DNA of 64,000 nt, from assembly GCA_964419045.1 (NCBI GenBank), contig CAYQNO010000002.1, positions 6 through 64,005 of the forward strand, in the 5' to 3' direction. Made by a program: the position numbers and the translations under genes. Every line of letters begins with the position of its first letter. Positions within the stretch are counted from its first letter, which is position 1. This document shows, one piece after another, positions 54,037 to 63,704 of this stretch. The notes below the pieces were generated by a model. It saw nothing but the letters and a program-made list of their open reading frames with translations. It did not search any database and was not told where the DNA came from. The DNA is from an uncultured Flavobacteriales bacterium. GTDB taxonomy: Bacteria > Pseudomonadota > Alphaproteobacteria > UBA8366 > CAVOAK01.

Positions 54037-54852
54037 CTAAATGGTATTTATAAATGCGGTAATTCGTTCTGCTATGTCTAATGGTGCCTCGATAATCGCG
54101 CTGTGACCGAGGTTAGGCAATACTTCTAAGTGTGCTGAGTGTAGGCCGTCGTGGTAGGCTTTAGCGTGACTCAACGGGACCATATTATCATTTTCACCAC
54201 AAATGATGAGTGCAGAATTTTCATATCTGTGTAATCGTTGGCGTAACAGCCTATTGTAAAGGTAGGGAGGCCGAAATCCGACTCTCGAAAGAAATCTAAA
54301 TGTCTTGTAACGTAATAATTCATGGTTAAGTTGTCCCAGTCCGTCTGGAAACATTTCTAGCGCTACTTTTTGATCAGCGTCGGCGAACAACATCTCTCGG
54401 AAGTCCGCGTAACACCCGCCATCTGTTGATTGCACCGCCATGAATATGTCGGCAATTGGCTGATTCGGTATATAGAGCCCAGTTGCTCCGATTAGTGTCA
54501 GGCTACGGATGCGCTCGCGATGACGAACCGCGAATTCAGCGGCTATCCACCCTCCTACAGAGGTTCCCACTAAATGGAATGTTTCAAGTCCCAGAATGTC
54601 AGCAACTTCGAGCGTATGAAAAACTATGTCCTCAATTCCCTCGATATCATCATTTTCATCAGATTCAGCGCAACCTGGGTGGGCAGGAGCGATGATCGTA
54701 TGCGAACGTGCCAAAGCGTTATGGAACTCTAATGGTGTGGCCCTTGCGCCGTGAAGATCTGCTATACCATGGAGATAGAGCAGGGGTTCCCCGTGTCCAA
54801 TCTCCTCGACCCATACAGCTCGGCCGCAGACATTGATTGTACGCCCGCCCAT
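54037..54852 (-). CDS. Alpha/beta hydrolase
   Basis: LHG, GTSVGG nucleophile elbow, D..VP and GH motifs. Start overlaps the LLM stop. Confidence 0.88.
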   Translation of the reverse strand: MGGRTINVCGRAVWVEEIGHGEPLLYLHGIADLHGARATPLEFHNALARSHTIIAPAHPGCAESDENDDIEGIEDIVFHTLEVADILGLETFHLVGTSVGGWIAAEFAVRHRERIRSLTLIGATGLYIPNQPIADIFMAVQSTDGGCYADFREMLFADADQKVALEMFPDGLGQLNHELLRYKTFRFLSRVGFRPPYLYNRLLRQRLHRYENSALIICGENDNMVPLSHAKAYHDGLHSAHLEVLPNLGHSAIIEAPLDIAERITAFINTI

Positions 54853-56084
54853 TACCTCACCTTTTCCAATTCGATTTCCGAGTATTGGTCAGAAAATAAC
54901 GTTATAGAATCACTGCGAAGAGCCGGAGCCACCTCGGTAGCGAATAGATTCATACTTTTCCGTACAAGTTCGGTTCCCATGTTTCCGATATGAAACTGGA
55001 CAAGAAGGTGGCCAATCTGAAAGCGTTCGATCATCTCCCACAGTCGATTGCGAACTGTTTCAGGGCTGCCTACAATGACTGAGCCCCAAGTTTCCAGTTC
55101 ATCCCAGTCTTTTACATCGCCAAAATTGTTCGATGCTGGATTATTGTTCCGCAGGTATGCTTCCCAGGATCGAACCGATGTTGAAGGTACGCCAGGGCCA
55201 AACGTTAAGTTCCTTCCACGGCTTCGTAGGTGACCTTTGACGCAATTTCGCAAGAAATACCATATTGCTTCTTCCGATTCCGTGCGTGCTTGCTCATCAC
55301 TCTCACCTACGTACACTGAGAGTAAAATTCCCATACGAAAGGGATGAAACGTATCACCATGATCGGTGACACACTTAGCGAAGCGTTTCACGGCCATTTC
55401 AGTTGTTGAATCATGGCGGCGCGAGGAAAGAAAAAAATTATAACCCCGCTTTGCTGTCTGTTCCATAGTCTCAAGGCTCAAAGCGCCCGGAATCCAAATC
55501 GGTGGACGAGGATTCTGCAACGGTTGCGGCCAGACGTTGACATAGCGCAACGGATAATGACGACCCTCATGGCGGAAGGGTCCATCTTCTGTCCAAGCCC
55601 GTTCGATGAGGTCAACAGCCTCCCAAAACTGTCCTCGAGCCTGTGGCTGCGGTACATTGTAATTGAATGCTTCTGGCCCCCCTCCCACGACGAAGCCTGC
55701 GGTGAGTCTGCCACCACTCATATTATCAAGCATGGCATATTCTTCTGCTATCCGGAGGGGGTTGAGATGAAGTGGAAGAATATTACCAAGAATTACGATC
55801 CTTGATTTCGTTGTACGTTGTGTTAAGGCAGCTGCGATGAGGTTCGGCGCCGGCATTAAGCCGTATATATTCTGGTGATGCTCATTGAGTACCAAACCGT
55901 CAAAACCAAGTTCCTCGCCATAAACAAGTTGGTCGATATATTCGTTGTAAAGGGTATTAGCAAGATCACGGTCCCAAAGCGTGTTAGGTACGGTTACCCA
56001 ACCTGACTCATACCGATCGTCGAAATCGGGTGGCAGATAGGGATACGCCATAAAGTGCCAGCAGTATAGCTGTACCGCTTGCAT
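54852..56084 (-). CDS. Luciferase-like (LLM class) flavin-dependent monooxygenase
   Basis: GFDGLVLNEHH, PLRIAEEYAMLD..SGGRL, PPIW and LFATEVAP motifs. Confidence 0.92.
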   Translation of the reverse strand: MQAVQLYCWHFMAYPYLPPDFDDRYESGWVTVPNTLWDRDLANTLYNEYIDQLVYGEELGFDGLVLNEHHQNIYGLMPAPNLIAAALTQRTTKSRIVILGNILPLHLNPLRIAEEYAMLDNMSGGRLTAGFVVGGGPEAFNYNVPQPQARGQFWEAVDLIERAWTEDGPFRHEGRHYPLRYVNVWPQPLQNPRPPIWIPGALSLETMEQTAKRGYNFFLSSRRHDSTTEMAVKRFAKCVTDHGDTFHPFRMGILLSVYVGESDEQARTESEEAIWYFLRNCVKGHLRSRGRNLTFGPGVPSTSVRSWEAYLRNNNPASNNFGDVKDWDELETWGSVIVGSPETVRNRLWEMIERFQIGHLLVQFHIGNMGTELVRKSMNLFATEVAPALRSDSITLFSDQYSEIELEKVR

Positions 56085-56259
56085 TAGACTCTCCTCGTTG
56101 CTTGACTGCTAACATGACCACAGGCGCTACGCTGAAGAGGGCGATCGTGGCAGGTATTTTCAGCAGCGCAATAAAATTTTTAATATCGTTCTATTGGCGA
56201 CTAGCTGTGGCTATGTCAAGTTAAAGGTAGTTCTTCAGGCGCCTGATGTCAGCTTCTGA

Positions 56260-57702
56260 TCAGCTGCTCGTCTCAATACTCTTTCGTGGCATTTGAAATG
56301 GATGAACTTTCTCGTAGGCATGACTCGCTCTCAGGACTAAATCTTCCCGATAGCGTGGTCCGACAACTTGAAGGGCTACGGGAAGTCCTTCGTGAGTGAA
56401 GCCACAAGGAACGCATGCCGCAGGTTGTCCGGTGAAGTTGAATGGATAGGTGAAGGGACTCCAATCGAGCCAACGTGTCATGCCAGATGCCTTTGGCACC
56501 TCAATTCCCACTTCAAAAGCGGTAATCGGTAATTGTGGAGAAATCAAGAGATCATAACTCCTGTGAAACTCGGTCATGGCTGCGCTGATCTCCACTCTTG
56601 ATTCTTCAGCTTGAAGAATTTGGTGCGCACTGACCTTTCGCCCCGCCTCGGCAATCTCAATCAGACCAGGGTCTAGCAGCTTACGTTCGCCCTCGGTCAT
56701 CGCGTCGACAATAAACGCAAATCGAGCATTATAGTAGTTCTCAAAATTCTTCCTCGGGTCCTTAAAGGGTGGGTTTACATCGAAGACTTCTGCACCTAAC
56801 TCTGTGAATATTCTGGCAGATTTAATAACCTGTTCTGCAATTTCAGTATCAACAGTGCTATAACCAAAATCTTGACTGAAGGCTACCCGCAGAGTCTCTA
56901 CACCATTCGCAAGGTCTGAGCAGAAGTTCTTCCCATCATAGGGTAGTGCTGACCAGTCACGGACATCTGGTTGGCAGATCACCGTGAGCATAAGTGCTGC
57001 ATCTTCAACTGTACGCGTTATTGGTCCAGGATGGATTATCGTTCCGTGAATAGGGTACGGATACAAAGGGACCCGACCGAACGTCGCCTTCATTCCGTAG
57101 ACACCGCAAAACGCTGCCGGAATACGGATTGAGCCTGCCCCGTCACCACCTAAGTGTAGCGCACCCATTCCCAATGCAGCTGCGGCCGCTGCACCACCAC
57201 TACTACCGCCGGGCGTGCGCTCTAAGTTCCAAGGATTGTGTGTGGTTCCGTTCAGCAAACTATCGGTGACTGCCTTCCATGCAAATTCTGGTGTCGATGT
57301 TTTGCCGAGTATAACAGCCCCATGCTCGCGTAGTCGTGCTACCGCGGGTGCGTCTTCCCTAGCAAGGTTTTCAGCGTTAGTCGTGCGGGAACCAAATCTA
57401 GTTGGCCAGCCCCTCACGTGGTTAGTGTCCTTGATCGTCACTGGAACACCATCCACAGCGCCGCAGGGCTCTCCCGTCAGCCAGCGAAATTCAGACTTTT
57501 TCGCATCAGTAATTGCCGTCGCCTCATCAATAAAGCAGAAAGCGTTTACTGCGCTATTTTGATTTGCAATGCTGTTTAACACAGCACGAGTTACTTCGAC
57601 TGGTGACAGCACCTTTTCCCGATATAATGCGACTAAATTAGTGGCTGACAACAAGGTCAGATCATCGCCCGCGCCAGGGTTTTCTTTATTTAATTCTGCC
57701 AT
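56260..57702 (-). CDS. Amidase signature family enzyme
   Basis: GVPVTIKD, GGSSGG and GGDGAGSIRIPA motifs. Confidence 0.94.
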   Translation of the reverse strand: MAELNKENPGAGDDLTLLSATNLVALYREKVLSPVEVTRAVLNSIANQNSAVNAFCFIDEATAITDAKKSEFRWLTGEPCGAVDGVPVTIKDTNHVRGWPTRFGSRTTNAENLAREDAPAVARLREHGAVILGKTSTPEFAWKAVTDSLLNGTTHNPWNLERTPGGSSGGAAAAAALGMGALHLGGDGAGSIRIPAAFCGVYGMKATFGRVPLYPYPIHGTIIHPGPITRTVEDAALMLTVICQPDVRDWSALPYDGKNFCSDLANGVETLRVAFSQDFGYSTVDTEIAEQVIKSARIFTELGAEVFDVNPPFKDPRKNFENYYNARFAFIVDAMTEGERKLLDPGLIEIAEAGRKVSAHQILQAEESRVEISAAMTEFHRSYDLLISPQLPITAFEVGIEVPKASGMTRWLDWSPFTYPFNFTGQPAACVPCGFTHEGLPVALQVVGPRYREDLVLRASHAYEKVHPFQMPRKSIETSS

Positions 57703-57870
57703 CGTCTGCCTAGAACCACAATAAAATTACTCGTTTGAGATCCAATCGTGCACCCGCTAACTTCTGTGTGCAAGTACCGATTCGATTCTTCGGCTTTGAC
57801 AGTCTCATAAATTTAAAGCGACTTAAAATTTCCATAACTAGATGGATCGGCAAAAGGCGGATTTTCTCCT

Positions 57871-57885
57871 TGGTAAGCTGCTTGC
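57871..57885 (+). promoter_or_regulatory. Possible sigma-54 -24/-12 promoter
   Basis: TGGTAAGCTGCTTGC has GG-N10-GC spacing and lies about 100 nt upstream of dipeptidase 3. Confidence 0.35.
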
Positions 57886-57982
57886 GATAGAGGATGTTGA
57901 ATGCAGCTATTGTTGCCGCAGCTACTCGCTGGTAACGTCATAGACTACAGTTTATATGAAACCTGGTGATCGGGAACGGACG

Positions 57983-59026
57983 ATGACGAATTGGAGCATA
58001 TCTGAGCAGGCGGCGTTGCTACACCGTGACGCAATCTTGTGTGACACGAGCAAGAGCTGGATCATCGAGCACCCTGAGGGCGATAGACGCGCTGAATCTC
58101 TGGAGGAATGTATCGAAAACGGGGTTGATTATGTTGCCTTGACGCTTGCCAATGATTGGCAGGGCATGGATCGCACCCTACACACGCTGGCCAAGGAACG
58201 CGCGTTCGTGCAGGAAAATCCTGATAAGTATCGCTTCGTGGAAACAGTCGACGACATAATTTTGGCTAAGAAGGAAGGTAAACTAGCGATCGGGTTTGGA
58301 TTCCAAGGCACTGCCATACTCGACAACGATATCAACATGGTCGGCGTGTATCACAAGCTAGGCGTGAGAACCATGTTGATGGCTTACAACATCAAGAATT
58401 CGGTCGCTGACGGTTGTATGGAAATTACCGACGCCGGCCTGACTCATTTCGGTGTGAATCTCGTGCAAGAAATGAACCAAGTCGGCATGATCGTCGATGG
58501 GACACACACCGGGTATAGGACAACAATGGACATGATGGAGGTCTCGACCGAGCCCGTGATTTTCTCGCATTCTAATGCATGGGGCGCGTGGAATCACCCG
58601 CGTAACCTTAAGGACGACCAGATCAAGGCCTGTGCCAAGACTGGCGGTGTTGTTTGTGTTATGGGGGTTGGCACTTTTGTCGGTGATAACGACGATACGG
58701 CCGAGGGTCTACTGAAGCACATTGATTATATCTCGGAACTGGTAGGACCTGAACACGTTGGCATCGGTTTGGATTTCGTATTTGGCTGGCCCCATAATAA
58801 CCCAGGCACTTCGGGAGTGTTTAACCCGAAGGAAGCACACAAGAAGGCGACCGAGAAGGCATCCGGCGGGCGGTCCAGTGTTGAATGGCTCGACATAAAA
58901 TTTGTCAAACCAGCGCGTCTGCCAGAAGTCACGGATGGTATGATTGATCGCGGCTATAGCGAGAAGAATATCCGTGGCGTCCTGGGCGAGAACTGGATGA
59001 GAGTAGCGCGTAAGGTCTGGCGATAA
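57983..59026 (+). CDS. Membrane dipeptidase family (M19) protein, paralog 3
   Basis: AYN, EMNQVGMIVDGTH, FSHSN, HPRNLKDDQI and GIGLD motifs. Start MTNWS chosen by alignment with the paralogs. Confidence 0.9.
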   Translation: MTNWSISEQAALLHRDAILCDTSKSWIIEHPEGDRRAESLEECIENGVDYVALTLANDWQGMDRTLHTLAKERAFVQENPDKYRFVETVDDIILAKKEGKLAIGFGFQGTAILDNDINMVGVYHKLGVRTMLMAYNIKNSVADGCMEITDAGLTHFGVNLVQEMNQVGMIVDGTHTGYRTTMDMMEVSTEPVIFSHSNAWGAWNHPRNLKDDQIKACAKTGGVVCVMGVGTFVGDNDDTAEGLLKHIDYISELVGPEHVGIGLDFVFGWPHNNPGTSGVFNPKEAHKKATEKASGGRSSVEWLDIKFVKPARLPEVTDGMIDRGYSEKNIRGVLGENWMRVARKVWR

Positions 59027-59179
59027 TTGAACATAACAGCGGAGATATAGGTGGACCGCGTCTAAGCACCAACTAAATCGGTTGTGTTACTCTTGGATAG
59101 CAAGTGAGAAGGTTTAGTGCCAAGAAGAGAAGTTATTATCTCTGATTTGGTCTAATTTCTTTATTTAGTACGATGCGCT

Positions 59180-60043
59180 TCAGACTGGCCTGTCACCCTT
59201 GACCTGGGTGCGATGCATGATGCGTCGCGAATTAGGATCAAAGGCGTCCCGACGATGCATCGTGCAGCGATTATCCCAGAGTAGCAGGTCACCGGCCTTC
59301 CATTTATGCGTGTAGATGTATCGATTCTGAGGCACTTCCTGCCACAGTAGATCGAGTGTATGTTCACTTTCTTCCACTGACAGATCTACTATATAGGCGT
59401 TACGTCGCCGCCCTAGAAACAGTGCCTTACGGCCCGTAACAGGGTGTGTGCGGAGCATAGGGTGCTTGGCGCCTGGTGCACTACTCACGTCTGTTACCGG
59501 TTCGAAGCCTTTTCTCCGGCTCCCAGTGCTATTGACACTCGAATCGTGGTTCACCGTGAGGTGTTTGACCTTGTTTTGCAGATCTGGTTGAAGAGTTTCG
59601 TACGCCTCGTACATATTGAGAAAACTTGTGTCGCCGCCGTTGGCTGGTACCTCCAGTGCATACAAAAGACTGGCAGATGGCGGTTCTGGGTTATAGGACA
59701 TATCAGTATGCCATATGGCCTCACCAGCACCCAATACACCAATTGCTACACCGTCCTCTACGACATTTGAGACTACGGATACTTCCGGCATGTTTGGAAC
59801 ATATCCGTCACCCCGCAGGTTTGCTGCTTCGACGATGGGGGCTTGGTCCAGTTCTCCGAAGTATTGGCTGAAGTGCACAAGTTGTTCGTCGTCTAGAATT
59901 TGCCGTCGAAACAGGAGTACGAGATTCTCGAGCCAAGCCTCATGTATCTGACGCAGGGTTACACTATCCAAATCCATACTCGCATCGATGCCTCGGACCT
60001 CAGCAGCAATGCACGGGGAAAGCGAAACTATCTCCATATCCAT
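59180..60043 (-). CDS. TauD/TfdA family 2-oxoglutarate/Fe(II) dioxygenase
   Basis: WHTD, GGDT, HPVTGRKAL and WDNRCTMHR motifs. Confidence 0.93.
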   Translation of the reverse strand: MDMEIVSLSPCIAAEVRGIDASMDLDSVTLRQIHEAWLENLVLLFRRQILDDEQLVHFSQYFGELDQAPIVEAANLRGDGYVPNMPEVSVVSNVVEDGVAIGVLGAGEAIWHTDMSYNPEPPSASLLYALEVPANGGDTSFLNMYEAYETLQPDLQNKVKHLTVNHDSSVNSTGSRRKGFEPVTDVSSAPGAKHPMLRTHPVTGRKALFLGRRRNAYIVDLSVEESEHTLDLLWQEVPQNRYIYTHKWKAGDLLLWDNRCTMHRRDAFDPNSRRIMHRTQVKGDRPV

Positions 60044-60287
60044 ACCTCACCTATCCGACGGGGCCAAAGTGGCAACTCGCCACCACGGTTTATTAGTCTT
60101 CTCTGACTCAAACATTAATTAAATTGTTTATCATTATTATGCACACAAGGTCGATCTCAACTTGGACGTATTTCAGTCCGAATTGGTTTTCACCTTGAGC
60201 AAAAATTCAGTCGTTTGAGTTGTTTCCAACATACGCTGGGATTTGGCTGGAGAGTGGACGGCATTCATTGATCGTTGTAGGCCGTGT

Positions 60288-61166
60288 TCAGTAGGGCAAA
60301 CCTCCTTTGATAGTAACGCGATAGCACAGCCTGCGACCACGCGTATCAGGAAAATTTGTGGCTCGATGCATTGTACAACGGTTGTCCCAGAGAATGGAGT
60401 CGCCGGGCTTCCATTGATGTACATAAGTGAATTGAGACTGCGTAGCGAATGACTTTAGTTCTTCAATAAATTCTATTCCTTCTTCTTTTGACATGCCGTC
60501 CACAGAGGACTCGCGGGTGTCGAGAATGCCGACGAATAATGCCTTCTCTCCGGTTTCGGGATGGGTCCGCACGAAGGGGTGGCTGACATCGGGGAGTGCA
60601 CGTTTTTCCTCCTCAGTCATTGGTCTTTTTTCAGGAGCGTGGCGCTCAAATGTCAAAACCTGACTAAAACCCCAGTTACGGCCTTCCAGTTTGTCTTTCG
60701 TCTCTTCAGGCAGTACGTCGTACGCCTTTGTCAAGTTGGCATACCACGTATCATCACCACCCTTCGCTGGCACTTCCTTTGCGTAGAAAAACGATCCACT
60801 AGCAGGCTCTGTCAGGTAGGAAAAATCATTATGCCAAGCGTCACTGAAGCTGGCGTCTGGTCGCAATCCAATATTCTTGCCACCAGCCATGATATTAGAC
60901 AAAACAGTGACTTCCGGGTGTTCCGGGATGTAGGCACTTCCGCTTGTGGGATTTTTAGCAAAGAGCTCACCAAATCTCATGGCAAATGCCTTTTGCCGTT
61001 CAATCGTTAGATTCTGACCACGAAATAACAAGATTTTGTAACGTAGCCATTCCTTTCGAATTTCAGCAATTGTTTCTTCTGAGTGATCATCAGCGACATT
61101 AACCCCGATGACTTCAGCTCCTAATGCATCACTAAGTGGCCGAAATTCGATCTTCATGAAATTCAT
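60288..61166 (-). CDS. TauD/TfdA family dioxygenase, second paralog
   Basis: WHND, HPETGEKAL and WDNRCTMHRA motifs. Start is 61166 or 61157. Confidence 0.93.
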   Translation of the reverse strand: MNFMKIEFRPLSDALGAEVIGVNVADDHSEETIAEIRKEWLRYKILLFRGQNLTIERQKAFAMRFGELFAKNPTSGSAYIPEHPEVTVLSNIMAGGKNIGLRPDASFSDAWHNDFSYLTEPASGSFFYAKEVPAKGGDDTWYANLTKAYDVLPEETKDKLEGRNWGFSQVLTFERHAPEKRPMTEEEKRALPDVSHPFVRTHPETGEKALFVGILDTRESSVDGMSKEEGIEFIEELKSFATQSQFTYVHQWKPGDSILWDNRCTMHRATNFPDTRGRRLCYRVTIKGGLPY

Positions 61167-61517
61167 CCTCCACAATGTGAACAGGCTAACAGCGGTTCTC
61201 CAACTATAGGTTAGCCTGTTGGCTTGATGGTGCTCCAAATTTACTCGACTGGCAAGACACCTATTTACGCGATTATGAGAGAATTAACTTCTGGTTTGAG
61301 GGAATCTGTCATTGTGTCAAAAGTAACCAACATTGAAGATACCAATCTCAAATGCGACTACAAATTTTTCGCAGTGAATAGGTTATTCCCTTAGTGATCG
61401 AACACTTATCCTCTAAGGTTATCAATACCCAAACAAAGAATATTGACGGTTGTTTGCAGTTGCAAATTTAGAGGATCTTCTTTTCATAAATTGCAATCCT
61501 AAAATTTTGTAAGACCA

Positions 61518-62309
61518 TCATGGAAGGAATGGCATTAAGGCCTTGTGAACCTGATTGGGTCGTTCGATAAGCATCATATGTCCGCAATCTTCTATTATTA
61601 TTGTTTTAGAATGTTGAATAGAGCTAGCTAATGGTGCGGCTCCCTTGGCTGGAGTCATTTTGTCATCATTACCTAGAATCAACAGGGTTTGACATTTGAT
61701 TTTAGTGGCAGCTTTAGCTGCTCCCTGATAGGAATTGCATGCAGAAAGACCAGCAAATAGGGTCCCGTCTTTAGCGTTTGATAATAAAGTCTTAGATGCT
61801 CCATGTACCCATAAGCCAGGTGATGGGTGACCTCCCAATTGAGCTTTTTGGCCAAGGCCCCAGAAAACAATTAATTCCGCAGCAAGAATATCGTTATGCT
61901 TAGCTGCGGCGAGCAGTTCTGGATGCACAGGCATTTTTTCTGAGATACCCATTAAACAAAGTTTATCGATGCGCTCGGGGAAATTAGCTGCTGCTTCAAG
62001 GGCGATGAAAGACCCCATGGAATGACCAACTAGAGTTGCCGTATCAATTTCTGCCGCATCAATGAATCTCAGTAACCAGTCTGACATTTCGTGAATACTA
62101 TTCATTGGAGGCCCTTCAGACTGGCCATGTCCAGGTAAATCAACAGCTATTGCTCGGCGTGAGCGGTTTGCGATATGGCGAGTTTGTAACTGCCAAATTG
62201 TATGATCTAGTCCATTTCCGTGGACTAGTATAACTGCTGGTTCACTAGTGTTGTTATCGTGACCACCGACAGATGCGTGTACTCGTTTACCGTCTACTTC
62301 TATATCCAT
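61518..62309 (-). CDS. Alpha/beta hydrolase
   Basis: VHG, DLPGHG, GHSMG, DKMTP and GHM motifs; directly downstream of metY. Confidence 0.9.
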   Translation of the reverse strand: MDIEVDGKRVHASVGGHDNNTSEPAVILVHGNGLDHTIWQLQTRHIANRSRRAIAVDLPGHGQSEGPPMNSIHEMSDWLLRFIDAAEIDTATLVGHSMGSFIALEAAANFPERIDKLCLMGISEKMPVHPELLAAAKHNDILAAELIVFWGLGQKAQLGGHPSPGLWVHGASKTLLSNAKDGTLFAGLSACNSYQGAAKAATKIKCQTLLILGNDDKMTPAKGAAPLASSIQHSKTIIIEDCGHMMLIERPNQVHKALMPFLP

Positions 62310-62315
62310 TGCCTT

Positions 62316-63611
62316 TCATACCTTTTGAGATTGACTTAGGGCCCGCTTAAGATCGGCTACAATATCCTCTGGGTTTTCGAGGCCAACAGAGAGTCTTACC
62401 ATTTCCTCACCAATTCCTGCGGCCTTTAGATCGTTGGCGCTCATTTGTTGATGGGTAGTGCTCGCGGGGTGAATTACAAGAGTTTTGGCATCACCTACAT
62501 TTGCCAAATGGGATGCCAGCTTGACTGCCTCAATAAACTTGCGACCAGCTTCTCTTCCCCCATGAATGCCAAAACTGAGTATAGATCCTGTACCTTTTGG
62601 TAACAGCCTCCTTGCAAGATTGTGGTCTGGATGGGAATTCAGGTTCGGGTAGTTCACCCATTCGACCTCTTCGCTTTCTTCCAGAAACTCGGCCACAATC
62701 TCTGCGTTAGCAGTATGTTTCTGCATCCTAAGTGGTAATGTCTCGATACCCTGTAAAATATAAAAGGCGTTTGTCGGACTGATACAGGCTCCAAAATCCT
62801 TCATACCTTCAGCTCGGGCCCTCATAACAAATGCTTGTGTACCAAATTCTTCAAAAAAATCGAGACCATGATATCCAGCATAGGGTTCGGTCAATGTGGG
62901 AAACTTTCCACTATTTTCCCAATTAAATTTCCCAGAATCAATTACTACTCCACCAATTGCTATACCGTGACCCCCCATAAATTTTGTCAGTGAATGCATG
63001 ATCAGGTCAGCACCGAGAGAAAACGGCTGCATCAGGTAGGGTGTAGTAAATGTGCTGTCTATCATCAGAGGAAGTCCATGCTCATGAGCAATCTCAGCAA
63101 TACTTGGTATATCCATCACCTCCATGCCCGGATTGCCGAGTGTTTCCCCATAAATTAGGCGGGTTTCAGGTTTGATAGCTTTTCGGAATTCATTTGGTTC
63201 ACGCGGATTTACAAAGGTTGTAGTAATACCGAACCGAGGCATTGTGTACGTAAAGAGATTATGTGTGCCGCCATATAGGGAGGCTGATGAAACTATGTGA
63301 GCGCCTTGGTCCATAAGAGTTGCTATACTTAAGAATAACGCTGCCATGCCACTCGCGGTCGCTACTGCTCCTACACCGTCCTCTAGTGCGGCGACTCTTT
63401 CTTCTAATGCAGCAGTGGTCGGATTTGAAAGTCGTGTATAAATATGTCCCGGGCGCTCTAAATTATAGAGAGCTGCGGCATGATCAGTGTCGTCAAAGAC
63501 AAATGAGGTGGTTTGATAGATTGGTTGTGCACGTGCACCAGTATATGGGTCCGGTCGTTGCCCTGCGTGTAGACTGAGGGTGTCAAATTTTAAGAAATTA
63601 GGTTTGACCAA
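62316..63611 (-). CDS. metY: O-acetylhomoserine aminocarboxypropyltransferase (Cys/Met PLP family)
   Basis: PIYQTTSF, YTRLSNPT, HSLTKF and HLANVGDAKTLVIHPASTTH motifs. TTG start after GGGAG. Confidence 0.9.
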   Translation of the reverse strand: MVKPNFLKFDTLSLHAGQRPDPYTGARAQPIYQTTSFVFDDTDHAAALYNLERPGHIYTRLSNPTTAALEERVAALEDGVGAVATASGMAALFLSIATLMDQGAHIVSSASLYGGTHNLFTYTMPRFGITTTFVNPREPNEFRKAIKPETRLIYGETLGNPGMEVMDIPSIAEIAHEHGLPLMIDSTFTTPYLMQPFSLGADLIMHSLTKFMGGHGIAIGGVVIDSGKFNWENSGKFPTLTEPYAGYHGLDFFEEFGTQAFVMRARAEGMKDFGACISPTNAFYILQGIETLPLRMQKHTANAEIVAEFLEESEEVEWVNYPNLNSHPDHNLARRLLPKGTGSILSFGIHGGREAGRKFIEAVKLASHLANVGDAKTLVIHPASTTHQQMSANDLKAAGIGEEMVRLSVGLENPEDIVADLKRALSQSQKV

Positions 63612-63704
63612 AACATATCTCCCTAAATACATTTCTAGCTCTTTACAAATATGTATGCTCTCTTTAGGCAAGGTGAGGCATATAATCAATTACGGAGATT
63701 AGTT

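Larger units (their letters stand above)
37827..61166. mobile_element. tRNA-Lys-anchored accessory island, mosaic and without an integrase; right boundary uncertain
   Basis: GC visibly rises just after the tRNA, a degenerate tRNA 3' repeat sits at 42430, GC-rich and AT-rich blocks alternate, and genes are accessory types. Confidence 0.6.

Noticed and set aside
48401-59091. GTTGTGTTACT present at both 48401 and 59081 as a possible cassette boundary
   Set aside because: An 11-mer match between some pair of positions is expected by chance in 64 kb, and it does not extend.
63612-63700. SAM riboswitch upstream of metY
   Set aside because: The gap is short and I see no SAM-alpha or SAM-SAH consensus.
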